Below are positions 13,861 through 28,800 of a stretch of DNA of 64,000 nucleotides, in pieces. A program made the translations under genes and the position numbers. The DNA comes from Vicugna vicugna (taxonomy: Eukaryota): positions 4,528,001 through 4,592,000 of the forward strand of contig MU058221.1 of NCBI GenBank assembly GCA_013265495.1. Reading direction: 5' to 3'. Every line of letters starts with the position of its first letter. Positions within the stretch are counted from its first letter, which is position 1. The notes beneath the pieces are model-generated. The model did no database searches. It had not been told where the DNA came from and worked only from the letters and a program-made list of their open reading frames with translations.

Positions 13861-16800
13861 ATTCACTCACTCACTCTCCCTCTCTCTCTCTTTCTTTTTG
13901 TCTCTCTTATTTCTCTCTTTCTGGAAACTTGGCTTCCTTCCTCCAGGCTCTTCCCCGTGGCAGGCATTCTAGCATTGTTTCAATAGTCTGCTTTTCATAA
14001 GCTTTCAGTCATGCCAGTTGGCATTTAAAATAGAGATAAATCATTTTCTTAAATGTCTGGAAATTGAAAGTGGGTTACAAATTAAAATACAAAAAAAAAT
14101 CCAGCTGAGTGAAATGAGTCATTAGCAACTGGATGCTCTGTCATATATTGTCAGCAGAAGTCATAGAAAAGGCTACTTCACGTGCCTGTAAAAGTAACAG
14201 TTGGGTTTCTCATTTCAAGAAGTGGCGCCTTCTCAAAGGGCAGATGACTGTGCTTTTCCCCGGGGTAACTCATACGTCACCCCAAGAGCCTGGAGATGCC
14301 CAGCATGGATGATTATTTGCAGCCATCAAGCCACTTTGCCAAATAGAAGATGAAAGAGAGAGAAAGCCAAGGGTTTATGTAAGAGCAGTATCGCTGTGCT
14401 CAGCTCTGAGCGACTTGCCTCCTGGGCCCCATTCCCTGTGTGGCAGCAGGGACCGCGTTCATCACCCAGCCGGCTCTGGCCGGTTGGGTCTACTTTCAAC
14501 GCACAGCTCACCTGCCGGGTGGTCGCAGAGTGATGTTCCCGCACGCGGGGGCTGCCTCCTGTCAGATGGGTCTCAGGGGGTGTGCTGGGACTCTGCTTTG
14601 CGCGATGAGCAGCCCGTGCTTCCATCTAGATCGAAAGCCTTGAGGACGAAGGGAACGTGGTGATTCAGATGTACAAGCTCATCGAGCAGTACCAGGTCCC
14701 CACGCCGCCCGAAGACTTCGCGGTCTTTGCAACCATGAGGCCGTCCATCGTCGCTGTTCGGAACGCCATCGATAAGTCTGTGGGAGACAGGGAGGCAAGG
14801 ATTAAGCAGTTCTGTGTGCACTTGGGTAGAGACCTTGAGGAACTGAACAATGAAGTGAACGAAATAAAGCTGCTGGCTCAGGTAAGCGAAAGTAGGACTT
14901 AAAAAGAATGCGCGAATTTTGACTGTTACCGTTTAATAAACCGCTGAGGACGTGCATTCCATTTGAACCTGGCTCAACTTTCATTTTCTATGGCTTCATG
15001 CTAACCAATTAACAATGTCTCGGAGCTGCCATTGAAATGAAGTGTTTCTGAACCTCCCTCAGGCACTGAATAAATTCCAGGCCATTGCACGGAACACCTA
15101 TATGTCATATTAAATTCTCTTTCTCCTGGCTGGTATTAATTATTTTGAAATGAATGTTGTTACAACTTGTTAGCATATTTTATTGCTATTATCACAGTTT
15201 TAAAGTTTGCTGAGCCACAAATTAGAAAATTCTGCTTTAGAAGGAAATAGTATTAAAGGATAAATGATAATGAAGAATATTTGATTAACTTGCACCAACT
15301 TTCCTGTACGAAAAGTCCAAGAAGAATTTTTTAAGAACATAGCATAGACATCCAGGGGATTCTTGACTGAAGCATACTTGAAACTACATCATTTTATAAT
15401 GATCTGTGATTATTAACACTGACTAAATCTTATCATAGAAGAATAAAACCATATCAAGTAATAAGCAAATCAGGAAAAAAAATGAGAAAAACTCAATGTC
15501 TTTCAACAGAGAATTAATAAAATGTGTTGGGGGTACATTCACTCAAGGGAATACCATGCCAACATTAAAGATTACGGCAGACATTTGTATGTGTTGATGT
15601 GGAAACATAAAAGTACATAACATTTATTGTGTGCTTACTACGTATCAAGTACAGTTCTAAGAACTTGGCGTTGTTTTCGCTTTTGCATTGAAGTATTTTT
15701 GCACTTTTTGCACAGAGAAAACTGTACGTAACCGTAATAACTATACAGTGAATTATCGAAAAGAACACAGCCCTGTGTGCAGTGCTCCGGTCAAGAACTA
15801 TAATGTTACTGGAACTTAGCGCCCCATCTAGTCGCCAACCCTTCCTTCCTCCCCATAGCTAGCCATTACCCTGAATTTTACAGCTATAAGTTCATTTTTC
15901 CTGCTTGTGAACTGCAATTAAATAGAGCATACAGTTAACTGCTGTGCTGCGGACAGTTAGCCCTAGAACAACAGCGGGGGTTCGGGTGCTGACCGGCCAG
16001 CCCTCCGTGTCTGGGGTTCTGCATCTGGGGTTTCAGCCAGCCTTGGATTGTGTAGGGCCGTAGCACACGTCTCGTGAAAGAAAGCCAGATGTAAGCAGAA
16101 CCGCACAGTTCAGACCCGTGTGTTCAAGGGTCCGCTGTATTGTCTTCCACACAGCAGGCTCTGAGAAAGTCTGAATGATTATTCTTTGTTTAGGAACAAT
16201 GCGTGTGTGTATCGATAGATTGCTAGAGAGAGCAAAAGTGCCAGCAAGCGCTTTATGTGTAATGATCCGTTTAAAAAAGCATGATGCACGGACAGAAAAA
16301 CGACAGCAGACGTTCTCTCCAGCCAGTGCTTCCTCTCTGGAGGGTTTGGGATTCATTCAGCATCACTCTGGAGCAAAGAACCGCAACTTTGTTATTTCCG
16401 TAAATGGTGTCGTCTTGCTGTCGAGACCACCGCTCCTTGCTGATGAAGGGAGGTGGAGCTAAAACTGAAATGTGAATTGGTGACCACTTGATTTCTTTCA
16501 GTTTGGCATGCCTTTCCCATTCTAACTTGGTATCTTTGCAAGAGGTTTTAATTTAGTTCAAAATCTGAACTCCCTCTCAAGCACTTCTTCAGCCTTGCCA
16601 CCATCTCCTTCCACCTTCTGCCCCATCAGGGGAAGTCGGCGTTTCCTCCTGGTGAATGGAGGGCCGGGGTGTCCAGTCCTCGTCCTGCCCTCTGGAGCAG
16701 AGGGCTGTCAGTGCAGTTGGGCTCGGCTGTGCCTGGTTGTCCCAGGCAGCTGTCAGCTCAGGGTCCGTCCTGGTTCTTTAGGTACCACGCCCACCCCAGC

Positions 16801-19800
16801 TGCTAAAACCCATCTTTTCTGCCATACTCTACAGACTCAAGAAATCGGTGGCTTTCTCCTCCTGACCTCTGACTTCTTCTGATGCACCATGTCTCTCAGT
16901 AGTTCCCACTTAGAATCAAGGCACACGAGAATGCCACGATCCCCTGCAGACCACACCAAGCCGCGAGGCACCAGAGTCAGCACAAGCCCCTCTGCCTGGA
17001 CGCTTCCCTTAGCTTTTGCATGTTGCCGTTTTGAATAGAGAATCACGCTGAAGCGGGTGGAATAATTGGCCTCCCCAGGCTCTGGCTCTGGCAGTTCCCA
17101 GGCTCCTCCAGTTTGCTCAGATTCTCCCAAACCTGGTTGGATGGTCCCACTTTGCTCCTGAACTTCTCCGTTCCCACTTGCCGGGTGGGGTTTCAACCCC
17201 AACAGGTCAGCGGAACGCTTACGTCTTACCATTGATTCTTTATTTTCTCTCTCCCTCCATCTCAGAAATCCAAGGACTTTTTATTTCCTTTACTGTAAAA
17301 TGGTAATTTTCTTCATCATATGCTCTTCTTTCTTTTCATGTGAAGTCATGTTGAAAAAATGTAGCAAATGAAAGAGGACGAGGGAAAATATATTAGATAC
17401 TCTTTAAAAACAATGTTATCCCCATGGTACTTCTTTATGCATTTCTGTGCTTCTTATGATGTGTATGCATTGCTTTAAAATTCAAGAAAAGCAACCATTT
17501 CAAAAGTACTTTCTGAAAATTAGAGTGACAGAGAATTAGAAAAAACTGTTTTGGAAAATGTTTATTTATTTAACTTAATGGTGTACACCAAAAAGTAGGA
17601 ATAACTAATCAAAAACTTAATTTTACAGGATCCACAGATTTTGGATATTAATGCTGACCAAGACAAAATAAAGGTCATGTTGAAAGATCTGCAGTTCGTT
17701 CTGGACGATCTTCAGAAACGTGCATTTCAATATAAATCCTATCAGAAGAATTTTAAGGTAATGATAGCTCTGCAAGTTTTTTAAATGTGTGCATAGAAAT
17801 GGCACTGATAGCGAAGCATTTTCATTAATGTGATTGTAAATATTCAGTGTTTGGACACCTGTGTGCTTGTCACTGTGCTGGAACAGTCTGAAATACAGAA
17901 TATGATGTGTTCTCCACCTTTGAAGTGTTTAAAAATTACTACACATGCAAGACAAAGCCTCTTTTTTAAAAAAATTATGAATTATAGACAAATCCTCAGA
18001 CCAGGGTCTAGTCTCTCTGTTAAAATGTACATAGATTTTTGAATGTGGTCAATTAAAGCCCCTCTATTCTTTCTTAAGTAATATTCAAGCTTCTTTTACA
18101 CTTATCTGTGTATTATGATTTCAAGTATTGCCTGATTTGCCCTGGTTTGATGTGCCAATTTGATAAAAGAAGAGAATTTGGCTAAGCCAGGGGATGGATG
18201 GTCCAAAAGGGATAAAAAATATGCCTCAAAAAAAAAAGAGAGAAGAGAAATGGGTGAGAGATAAAAGTGCTCTCAACAGCTATTAGAGAGACCAAAAAGA
18301 AATGATGATAGAAAGATTCCTAGGATCAAAACCAGAAGGCCACCAGCAACAAGGGAGGTGTTAATAGTCTCCCCCTAAAATTTTGGAGGAGTGCCTGGAC
18401 CTCACATGGGGATGCGTTAATCTGTTCCGGAATCCCAAATGGATGGCCACAGAGTGGTCTGTGGGGGCTCTGGGTGTCCGCTCGAGAGCCCGGGGCTTGG
18501 CAGAGCAACCTGCAAAACAATGACCTTGGCCCTCGACAGTGCAGCCAGTGCCGTACTCAAGGCCGGAGGTTTGTGCCTGAGAGAATGAGGGCTCAGACTT
18601 GTTCCCACAGTGAGTTGTAACTGCCCTGTAAGACTGGAGAGTATGCGGTAGGAAGGGAGCTATGGAGGAAACAGTGTTTGATAAAAAGCTATAACTAACA
18701 GGTGGGTTCTCCCCGGGTCAGAAAGAGCAGCATCGCTTGAGCCAGAGCCTGAAGTGAAGTGTGTCCCCTCCTTCCGTGTTTCGTATCTGTACTTTACGGT
18801 CCTTTCTGATCACCTCACATCCAGCCTTGCTCTGCAGCTCTCGGTCACTGGGGGGATGCGAGTGAAGGCTTAGCTGCCCTAGGAGATCATTTCTAATTCT
18901 TAATGAAGACTAGGCTAGATCCCTAATGTCAGGGTAATGCTGGCCTTGTAAGATGAGTTTGGAAGTGTTCCTAACTCTTCAATGTTTTGGAAAAGTTTGA
19001 GAAAGATGAGCATTAATTCTTTTTTTTCCCCCAGATGTTTGGTCGAATTTACCAGTGAAGTCATCTGGTTCTGGCCTTTTCTGTGTTGAGAGGTCTTTGA
19101 TAACTGATTCAGTCTCCTTCATCCTTATTGGTCTGATCAGATTTTCTGTTTCTTCCTCATTAAGTCTTGATAGGTTGTATGTTTCTAGGAATTCATGCAT
19201 TTCTTCCAAGTTACCCACTTTGTCGGCATAGAATTGTTCATAGTAGTCTCTTGTGATCCTGTGTATTTCTGTAGCATAAGTTGTAAGATCTCCTCTTCGT
19301 TTCTGATTCTATTTATTTGAATCTTCTCTCTTTTTTCTTAGTCTAGCTTAACGTTTGTTTATCTTTTTTAAAAAACAGCTCTTAGTTTCGTTGACCTTTT
19401 CCACTGTTTTTCTGGTCTCTGTTTTATTTCTACTCTAATCTTTGTTATTTTCTTTCTTCTGCTAACTTTGGGTTTAGCTTATTCCCCCTTTTCCTAGTTC
19501 CTTGATGTGTGAAGTTAAGTTGTTTATTTGAGATCTTAATGTTTTCTTTTTTTTAACTGAAGTAAGGTCAATTACAATGTGTCGATTTCTGGTGTGCAGC
19601 ACAACGTCCCAGTCATGCACATGCATACATACATTCGTTTTCATTTTTTCTGTTTTCTTAGTGTAAGCATTTATCACTGTAAACTTCCCTCTCAGCTACT
19701 TTTGCAGCATCCCATAGGTTTCACTGTGCTGTGTTTCCATTTTCATTTGTTTCAAGATATTTTTTATTTCCCTTTGATTTCCTCTTTAGCCCGTTGGGTG

Positions 19801-22800
19801 TTCAGAAGTGTGTTGTACTTGTAAATTTTCCCGCTTTCCTCTTGTTGATTTCTAGTCTCGTATCATTGTAGCTGGAAAAGATCCTGAAGATGATTTCAAT
19901 CTTCTTAAACTTGCTGAGGCTTGTTTTGTGGCCTGTCGTATGGTCTGTCCTGGGGAGTGCTCTGTGTGCACCTGGAAAGAACTGTGTATTTTGCTGCTGT
20001 TGGGTGGAAGGTTTAAAGCTCTAGCTTATCACAAGGCTCACGGTTTCTGTGCGGCCAGCCTCCTGGAGGTTTCCCTACCTCCAAGCCATGAAAACAGCTT
20101 CTTCAAGTTTTCTTGCAACCTTTCTCTCTGTAGGGTTCATAGCCAGTACATGTGAGTTAGAAAGAGGTAAGACACTGGGCTGTTCCCTCTCTTCAGTCTT
20201 CTCACCCCCTCCACCAGCTACCAGGCAAATGCCTTCTGCCTCTTATGTCAAATAAGATATAAGCCCTAATGGATGTCGGTGCCTCTGAATACTCAGGTGT
20301 CTTCCCCAAAAGGCCAGGCATGTGTGTACATGTGTGATCCAGCTTGAGGAATAATGACTTTGTACTCTTTGGAGAATTTCTAAGTTCTAGGGAAATATAG
20401 AGTTATATTTTGTCACTCAAATGGTAAGTTGAATATACACAGTGTTTTGTGGTTTGTTTTGTTTGTCTCTGTCTCTCCTTTACTTTCTCAGTCCATATTC
20501 TGCTAAGATGTCACTGTATCAAAAATTAGTATAGGAAGGTAACATAGGATCTCTATATCTGAAAATTAAATAGTGCATTTTGCTTATTATATTTTTAAAG
20601 GTAGAAGTGTCCAAGTTTGAAGCTTTGGAAGAAGTTAGTGCTGAATTGAAGCTCAAACAATTGCTCTGGGATTCTTTATCTGAATGGGATCAACTTCAGC
20701 AAGAATGGTTAAAGGTTAAAAAAAAAAGCTCTCAATTCTTAAATTATTTTTATATTAATTAAGCTTTTAAAATCCTAAGACATGAATTATACTTTTTTTT
20801 AACAATCTGATATAGTCTTAACTTCAGTAGGATATGCAGTGTTATAGTTCTATAGGTGTTATTGTCAGCTTTACAGTGAAATGCAGAAAGGCCTTTCTGT
20901 CACTGTGTGGCACAGAGCAGGACGCGTTACTGTAAGGTAGGCATCTCAGGTCCCGCGTAAGAACTCTAAATGAAAGACGCATCGAGGGGCCTCACTGCGT
21001 GACATGTAAGTGCTTTGTGGTGACTTCTGAACACAGTGTTGTCCTGATACACTGCAGCCAGCTGTTCTTAAGGATTGTAGGATTTAATTTCTGATCTACA
21101 TGTGTCAGATTTCTATTAGCTTAGGCTCTGAGCTTACTGTCCTTTTTTTTTAAAAAAAAAAGTCATTTTGTTTACTGTGACAGAACAATCACAGTAATGA
21201 GATCTAGGCTCTTCCCTTAAGAGCTCGCAATAGTAAATTCTCTCATTTAGGGGGCCAAGTACCACAGGGTTTGGTTTCTAAGGTCTACCCTTATATTCAA
21301 ACCTTAGCAAGGGTCAACCCACTCACTAGTAGGCAGAATAGATCGATGGCCCATCTACTCTCCGAGTGTGATGTGGGCGTGTTAGAAATGCCATCAGCTT
21401 CACAAATACTGTTTTACACTTGCTTGTTCAGCTTACCTGCACTGATACCTATAATTAGAAGTCACATATCTAAATTAAACCACAAGAATGTTTCCCAGAT
21501 GATGATCTGGTGCTGTGGATACCAGTGGAGGATGAAAAGGAAGAAGTCTGAACCCTCGCAGAACTTACCTTTTGGTGGAGAAAGCAGAAAACAACAAACA
21601 TATACATGCTATGATATCAGAGAATTTTAAGAGCTCTTGTATAACTCATTTGTCACTTATCACAGAAGTGGAAAATGCTCCTGAGGAGTTAAGAAGAAGC
21701 TTAGAGAGTTATCTAATTACCACCATAGGTCAGAGCAGTGGCTTCCAAAGTGGGGTGAATTTATCGTAGGAAGTGCACAAGAAGACCCATTAGGGGGCAA
21801 AAAGAAAATGTTGAATCTAGGGGGAAAAAAAAGAACATTTACAAATTTTCTTCTTTTAATTGGGGGCATATTTGACATATTATATTAGTTTCAGGTGTAC
21901 AGTGTAATTATTCTGTGTTTGTGTATATTGTGAAATGATCACCACAATACGTCTAGTTAACATTTGTCACCATGTGTAGTTACAAAATTTTTTTTTCTGA
22001 TGATGAGAACTTTTAAGATCTCTTCTCTTAGCAACTTTCAAATATGCGATACAGTATTATTAACTATAGTCACCGTGCTGTTTGTTACAGCCCTGTGATT
22101 TATTTATTTTATAACTGCAAGTTTGTACCTCTTGACCTCCTTCACCCATTTCACCCACCCACCCCCCTCCTCTGGAAATCATTAATCTGTTCTCTGTTTC
22201 TATGAGTTTTTTTAATTTTGTTTCAGATTCTACATATAATTGAGATCATATGGTATCTGTCTTTCTCTGTCTGATTTATTTCATTTTGCATAAAGCCCTG
22301 AAGGTCCATCATGTTGTCACAAGTAACAAGATTTCATTCTTTTTATGGCTGACTAATATTCCATTGGATACATTTACCACCTTTTTTCATTCATCCATTG
22401 GTGGACACCTAGGTTGTTTCCATTTCTTGGCTATTGTAAATAATGCTGCTGTGAATATGGGTGTTTATATATCTTTTTGTTTTCTTAGGATAAATGGATT
22501 TGCTGAATTTTGTGGTAGTTCTATTTTTAATTTTTTGAAGAATCTTAATATTGTTTTCCATAGTGGTTGCACCAATTTACATTCCTACCAGCAGTGGTAT
22601 GAATATTTTAATAATGTTAATTCTTCTAATCCATGAGCATGGAGTGTCTTTTCATTTTTACAGATTTCCTATTGCCGTCAGTCTATATAACCATCTGACA
22701 TGTCAATACATGTGTACACTTAAATGTTTATATAACTGAGAAATATATTTATAGATACATGCATGTATTGGAGTACATCTTTAAATCAGTTATATTGAAG

Positions 22801-25800
22801 GGGTACATACTCAAATAATGAAGAATGTTTGGTGAGAAATTTCTAGGTTGCAAGAGTTAAAATTAGCTATTTATAAACTTACAAGGGTTGGCCGTCAGGA
22901 ATTAATTATAGGATTGTATTACTGCATTTGATGGTGTGGGGAAAGGACATGAAAGTAATGAAAAGGCAATGCCTGGTTTACTGTTAGAAACCATAGTAAG
23001 TAAGGCCACTTCCAAAGGTGTAGAGTTGACTTCAGTTAGCAGCATAGCTATGAAAAAATTTGAGTTGAAAGAAATGTATGGTTTCAAGTTTGCCTTTGGT
23101 CATACATCTTAACTTCTTTTTTTTCCCCCCTACTTTTCATAGTCCAAGTTTGACTCCCTGGATCCAGAATTTCTGAACAGTCAAGTTTCTAAATATGCCA
23201 AATTTGTGACTCAACTGGAAAAGGGCTTGCCACCCAACAGCGTAGTGCCCCAGCTAAAACTTAAGGTGGAGAAAATGAAAGAAAAGGTAAGTTTGGTAGA
23301 AATTATTTCAGAAACTCCAGGTCAGTCAGTTACTACTTGATGCTAATGAACGATCAGAGCCAGGAATTCTTTCCGGTTTAAATTAGTCAGCTTTGCAGTG
23401 AGAGAAGAAAGAGCAGGCAAATTCAGTTATCACAGAGCCGCAGACTGCATCCTTATCTTCAGCTGGCCAAATCATGCCATTGAAGACCTTGGTTAGAAGG
23501 AGCATTCAGAGTAAGAGTTTACCAGGTGGTGGGTGAACAGTGCAGGAATGGGCTGTAGGTAAGCCAACATGCTGATCCACTCAGCCCTCAGCCAGGTGAG
23601 GCGAGGGCAGCCTTGCCCATTTACATTGCTGCACCAAACAGTATGGCATTTTCCAGACAGGCCACAATGTGAAAAGGCTGGGAAGCCCGGCAGTAGACAT
23701 GCAGAGCTGGCTCTTTGAAACCAATCACTGCTAAACCAGTACTTGAAATTTGAAGAAAGGGGGAAATGGTTTTTGTTTTTCCTTTCAAGCAGTTTTAGAT
23801 TTTTTTTTTTAAGGAGAGAAAAAGAACTAAAGAAGATGTGTATTCTGCAATTTATGAGTGATTTTTCTGCAAGTGTCAATGAGGTCAAGTTTGTTGACTA
23901 TAGCGTACAGGCCATCCATCTCCATACTGGTTTTCTGCCTACTTTTCCATCTGTTACTCAGAGAGGAGCGCTGAAACGTCCCAGTATCATTGTGGATGTG
24001 TCTAATCCCCTTACGTCCCATCAATTTTTGCGTCATTTATTTTTTAACAAACTTTTTATTTTAAAGTCATTTTAGACTTACAGATAACTTACAACTGTAA
24101 CATCAAGGTTTCCCACATGCCCTATACCCAGTTTCCTCTACTGTTAACATACTACATGAGTGAGATACATTTGTCACAAGTAATGATACAATGTCAATAT
24201 ATTACAATTAGATAAAGTCCGTCAGTTATTTGAATTTTCTCATTTTTATCTAATGCTCTTTTTCTGTCCCAGGATCCTTTCCCGAATAAGCATTACATTT
24301 AGATGTCTTGTCTTCTTAGACTCCTCTAGATTGTGACAGACTCTCAGACTTTCCCTGTTTTTTCATGATCTTGGTAATTCTGAAAAGTAATAATCAGGCA
24401 TTTTATAGAACGTTCATCAATCTGGGGTTGTCTGATATTTTTCTCAGAATGAGACTGGGGTTATGGATTCTTGCAAGGAAGACCACAGAGGTAAAGCCTT
24501 ATTCTTACCCTGTCTTATTAAAGGCACATGCCGTCAGTGCAACGTTTCACTAATGCTGTTAAGCTTGATCACGTGGATCTCCACTGTAAAGTTACTACCC
24601 AACCTTCCAAACTGTTCTTTGAAAGGAAGTCTCGAAGCAAAGCCTACATACGCTTAAGGGGTTGGTTATGTTCTGTCTCATTGCTTCTTGCAGTAACATA
24701 GCCTGTGTCCAGATCTTGGTTTTCAATGCCATTTTCCAATAAAATGAATCAGAGATCCTTATGGAAATGGGTATTAAGTTAATAGCAATTTATTTTTTAA
24801 AATTTAGCCAAATCTTCTTAGTAGCTTAAATGGAAACCCAAATCATTTGTCCATCAGGAAGCAAATTCTCAGGTCCTGTTTCTTGCTGTGGAGAAAACTC
24901 CGGGTACTGAGCTCACTTTTCTGATGGATTCAGTACAAGTCATTCATTTGTAGTCTGTCTGTATTTTTCTTTGTCGTAAGCATGTAAGTCATATTCTTTC
25001 CAGCTCTCTACGTGCCCAAATTGAAACCAGAAGCCTTAGGCTGTTTTCAAGATAACAAGCATGGCTCCTCTGAGAGAGTCTGTTTTCCAGCTTCCAGTCA
25101 TTGTTGACCTGAGGAACCCAACCCTGAAGCCTCGACACTGGGCAGCCATTGAACAGACAGTTGACGCCACTCTGGTGGACCTCGACGTCTCCTTAACCTT
25201 GGAGAAGCTCACCGAGTTGCACGTTTTTGACTTCGGCCAAGAAATCCAGGACATTTCTGGACAGGCTTCTGGAGAAGCTGCCTTAGAAACAATTCTTAAA
25301 AAGGTAAATCGGACAAATGTGTATTCTGAGTTCAGGGAGCGCAAAGGTTTTCGTATTTGGTGGGAAGATCATCAACTTCTGTTTTACTTGAATGGATTTC
25401 TTTTTTTAGCATTGAAGTTTCACCCTCTCGTTGTCCGTTGCCCTCCTGCTCTTGCCTCACATTTATTACCATTATCATTGCTGTCTCCTCTGTAAATATC
25501 TTCTTTCTGCTTAGCTGATAGTCCAACGTGAACTTGACGGCAGCAAGGTTTGAAATGTGCGTGCTTGTATAAAGAACCACATAAGCAAGGGAGACCTCTT
25601 GTGCCAAAACACATTGTCTTTCAAACTACATGCTAAAGGAGATTAACTATGTGAAAGTGGTTCAGAAAGACGCTGAGAAGACTTCCCTCCTTGGGACACT
25701 CAACCTGCTTACTCTAAGAACACACAGGCACCTACCCATCACCTGTGTGGAAAGAACTTCTATCCTTTTTAATTAAAGCACAGAGCGGTAGGGAATATGC

Positions 25801-28800
25801 ATGAAAGTGTCGCCAGTTATTCATCTGCATTAATGCTGGTCAATAAAATTAAGCAAGTCAGTGTCATCTAACCAAGAATTTTAAAGGCAGTCAGGAGGAG
25901 AACAGGATCATTCCGGGTTTATCACTTACGTCATGCCACATACCTTTATCGAGTACCTAAACACAAGTGAATTTACATATCCTAAGAGATCTTGAACTGT
26001 TTCCAAGGTGGAGGATTCTTGGAAAACAACCGAATTTGTTGTTCTCCCTCACCGTGACTCCAAAGATGTGTTTATCCTGGGCGGCACAGATGACATACAG
26101 GTGGGTGATGGGGTTATTGAAACTTACGGTAAAGATTCTTGCCAGACCTCGTCCTAAAAAGTCCGTGGGAGATTATGATGAAGGAATGAAATATAGGAGT
26201 TACTAAATAGGAAAAATACATAATTGGGAAGGCAAAATAAAAGTATGAGTAATTGATGAGAATGCTTGCACATGAAATAGTTTAGCAAAGCAATAGAAAT
26301 GGCTTATGTTTGGGAGAGTTATAATCCTGTAGTTGGTGACTGTTGAGAAATTTAGGACAGCAAAGAGATCTGCTGTGGCTGAAATGATCAGAGAATCCTT
26401 CCCAGACCAGCCAAGACACGCTGAACCTTAAAGAGCAGAGGGGATCTGATAGGCCTAAATGAGAACGGAAGGCACCTCAAACCCTTTAAATGAGGTGAAG
26501 ATGCATGAATGGGCGTCTCAGGGCTATAGCACGCCAAGAAGCTAAGTTCGCTTGAGTCTCTGATATTAGAGGCTGGTGGTCGTGCGCCGTTAACACCAAA
26601 AGGAGATAAATCCAGCCCACGTGTTTGGAATATTCTTAGTGACATAAAATCCAAAAGCACATTTGTTTAGCAGTGGGATCTGGAGATTATGGCCCAATTT
26701 AAACAGCAAAGCCCTGGCCTGTTAGGGTGGACCCAGGCCAGGACTGGAGATGAAAGGACTTTGCCAGGTGTGGGTTGGGAGAGTGATCCCAGACATCACT
26801 CTGGGCACTGGAGGGGGGAGCAGACCCCAGATGAAGACCGGTCAGTCTGAGGCCAAGCGATGGCAGGTGATGGAGCTTCTACTCTCAAGAAGTTTATAAT
26901 TTAAATAGAGCAATGAAAATCCTACACATTTTAAAAAATGTACATGTCCTACGAGGGTTGTTGTGGTATAAAGGGGAGGGGGAGAGGGGAGGGAAGTAGA
27001 GGAAACACTGTCTATAATCATTCAAATGAGTTCAGCTTTCCTCTTCCTCAAGATTATTGAGGGAAAGTGGGGTTTCGCTGGATAGAAAATATACGTGATT
27101 TTTCAAGTTTTGATTACTTTGGGAAATAAAGACCTGGAAGACCAACTAGGATAAAGAAAGTACCAGATACCTTGTGGAGGACAGAGAAGAAGAGGGTTAA
27201 GCGGAACAGTGTGTGCCGTTAATAATTACAGAAATGGCTGGGATTGGACCATCAGAAGTTCCTTGGTGACACTTGAGAGAACGTCTTAGTGGGTTGTAAG
27301 CCCTAGTGAAGGGGAGGAGGAGGAGTGGATGGGTAGGGATGTAGGCGGGACTCAGCTGTTCATTCAAAAAGCTGGCTTTTAAATGGACTCTTGCAGTTTA
27401 ATATGAGGAACTATTTTTGAGAGCACAAACACATGATGTTGTATGTATTTTCTTCGCCTTTTTTTTTTAAAGGTGCTTCTTGATGACAGCACCATCAACA
27501 TCGCCACCATGGCCTCATCACGGTACGTGGGTCCCCTGAAAGCGCGAGTGGATGACTGGCAGAAGCATCTTGCTTTATTTAACCAAACACTGGTGAGTAA
27601 GGGCCATTTCAGGTCATGGACCCAGAGCACTGGAGAGCCACGGGACCTTAGAAATCATTTGCGCAGTCATTTAAACACTGTGCCTTTAAGATCTGAGATT
27701 TCATTATTGACATTTTATTATGCCTGGAATGTAAGGAAGATGCAGATATATTAAGCTCTTCTTCAGAAGATTATGCCTTCACCCTTGTATTAGGTATTAT
27801 TGCCGTGAAGCAAAATGGCACAAACTTAGTGTTATAAAACCACATACATTTATTATCCCACAGTTTCTGTGGGTCAGGAATTCCGGAATGGCTAAACAGG
27901 GTCTCCTACTTAGAATCTCACAAGGGTTCAATCAAGATGTGGGTGCAGGGAGAGGGTACAGCTCAGTGGTAGAGCATGTGTTTAGCATGCTCAAGGTCCT
28001 GGGTTCAATCCCCAGTACCTCCATTAAAATGAGTGAATGAATGAGTGATGTGACCCAGGACTGGGTTCTCATCAGAGGTTCAGCTAAGGAGGGACTTTGG
28101 CAGAAATCATTTTCTTGCAATTCGAGGACTAAAGACTTCATTTTCTTACTGGCTGTCAGCCAGCAGCCACCCTCAGCTCCTATGTGTTTTTGATTTGAGG
28201 TCAAAAAATCTGGATTCCTATTTTTTGTCCTAGGAAGAGTGGCTGAACTGCCAGCGAAACTGGCTGTACCTGGAAAGTATTTTTAATGCTCCAGATATTC
28301 AGAGGCAGCTGCCTGCGGAGGCCAAGATGTTCCTGCAGGTGGATAAGTCATGGAAAGAGATCATGAGGAAAGTGAACCGGCTCCCCAACGCCCTCCGAGC
28401 GGCCACCCAACCAGGTAGAAAAGGGACCAAGAGAAAGACTTCACAGTCACCCCAAACATCCATCACCTGTGAGATTCTACTAACGTGTGGTGACGTTCAA
28501 CCCTGATTCTAGTCAGCACTGCTGACCAGGAATGCTCGTGGTCCACCTGACACTCTCACTAAGCAACATGAATGGACCCTGTTACTATTATTCTTCTTGT
28601 TGTTATTAATATTTTTTCAATTGAAGTATAGTCAGTTTACAATGTTGTGTCAATTTCTGACATGCAGCGTGATGTTTCAGTCCTCTATATACATGCATGT
28701 ATTCCTTTTCATATTCTTTTTCATTGTAAGTTACTGCAAGATACTGAATGTAGTTCCCTGTGCTGTACAGTAGAAGCTTGTCGTTTATCTATTTTATATA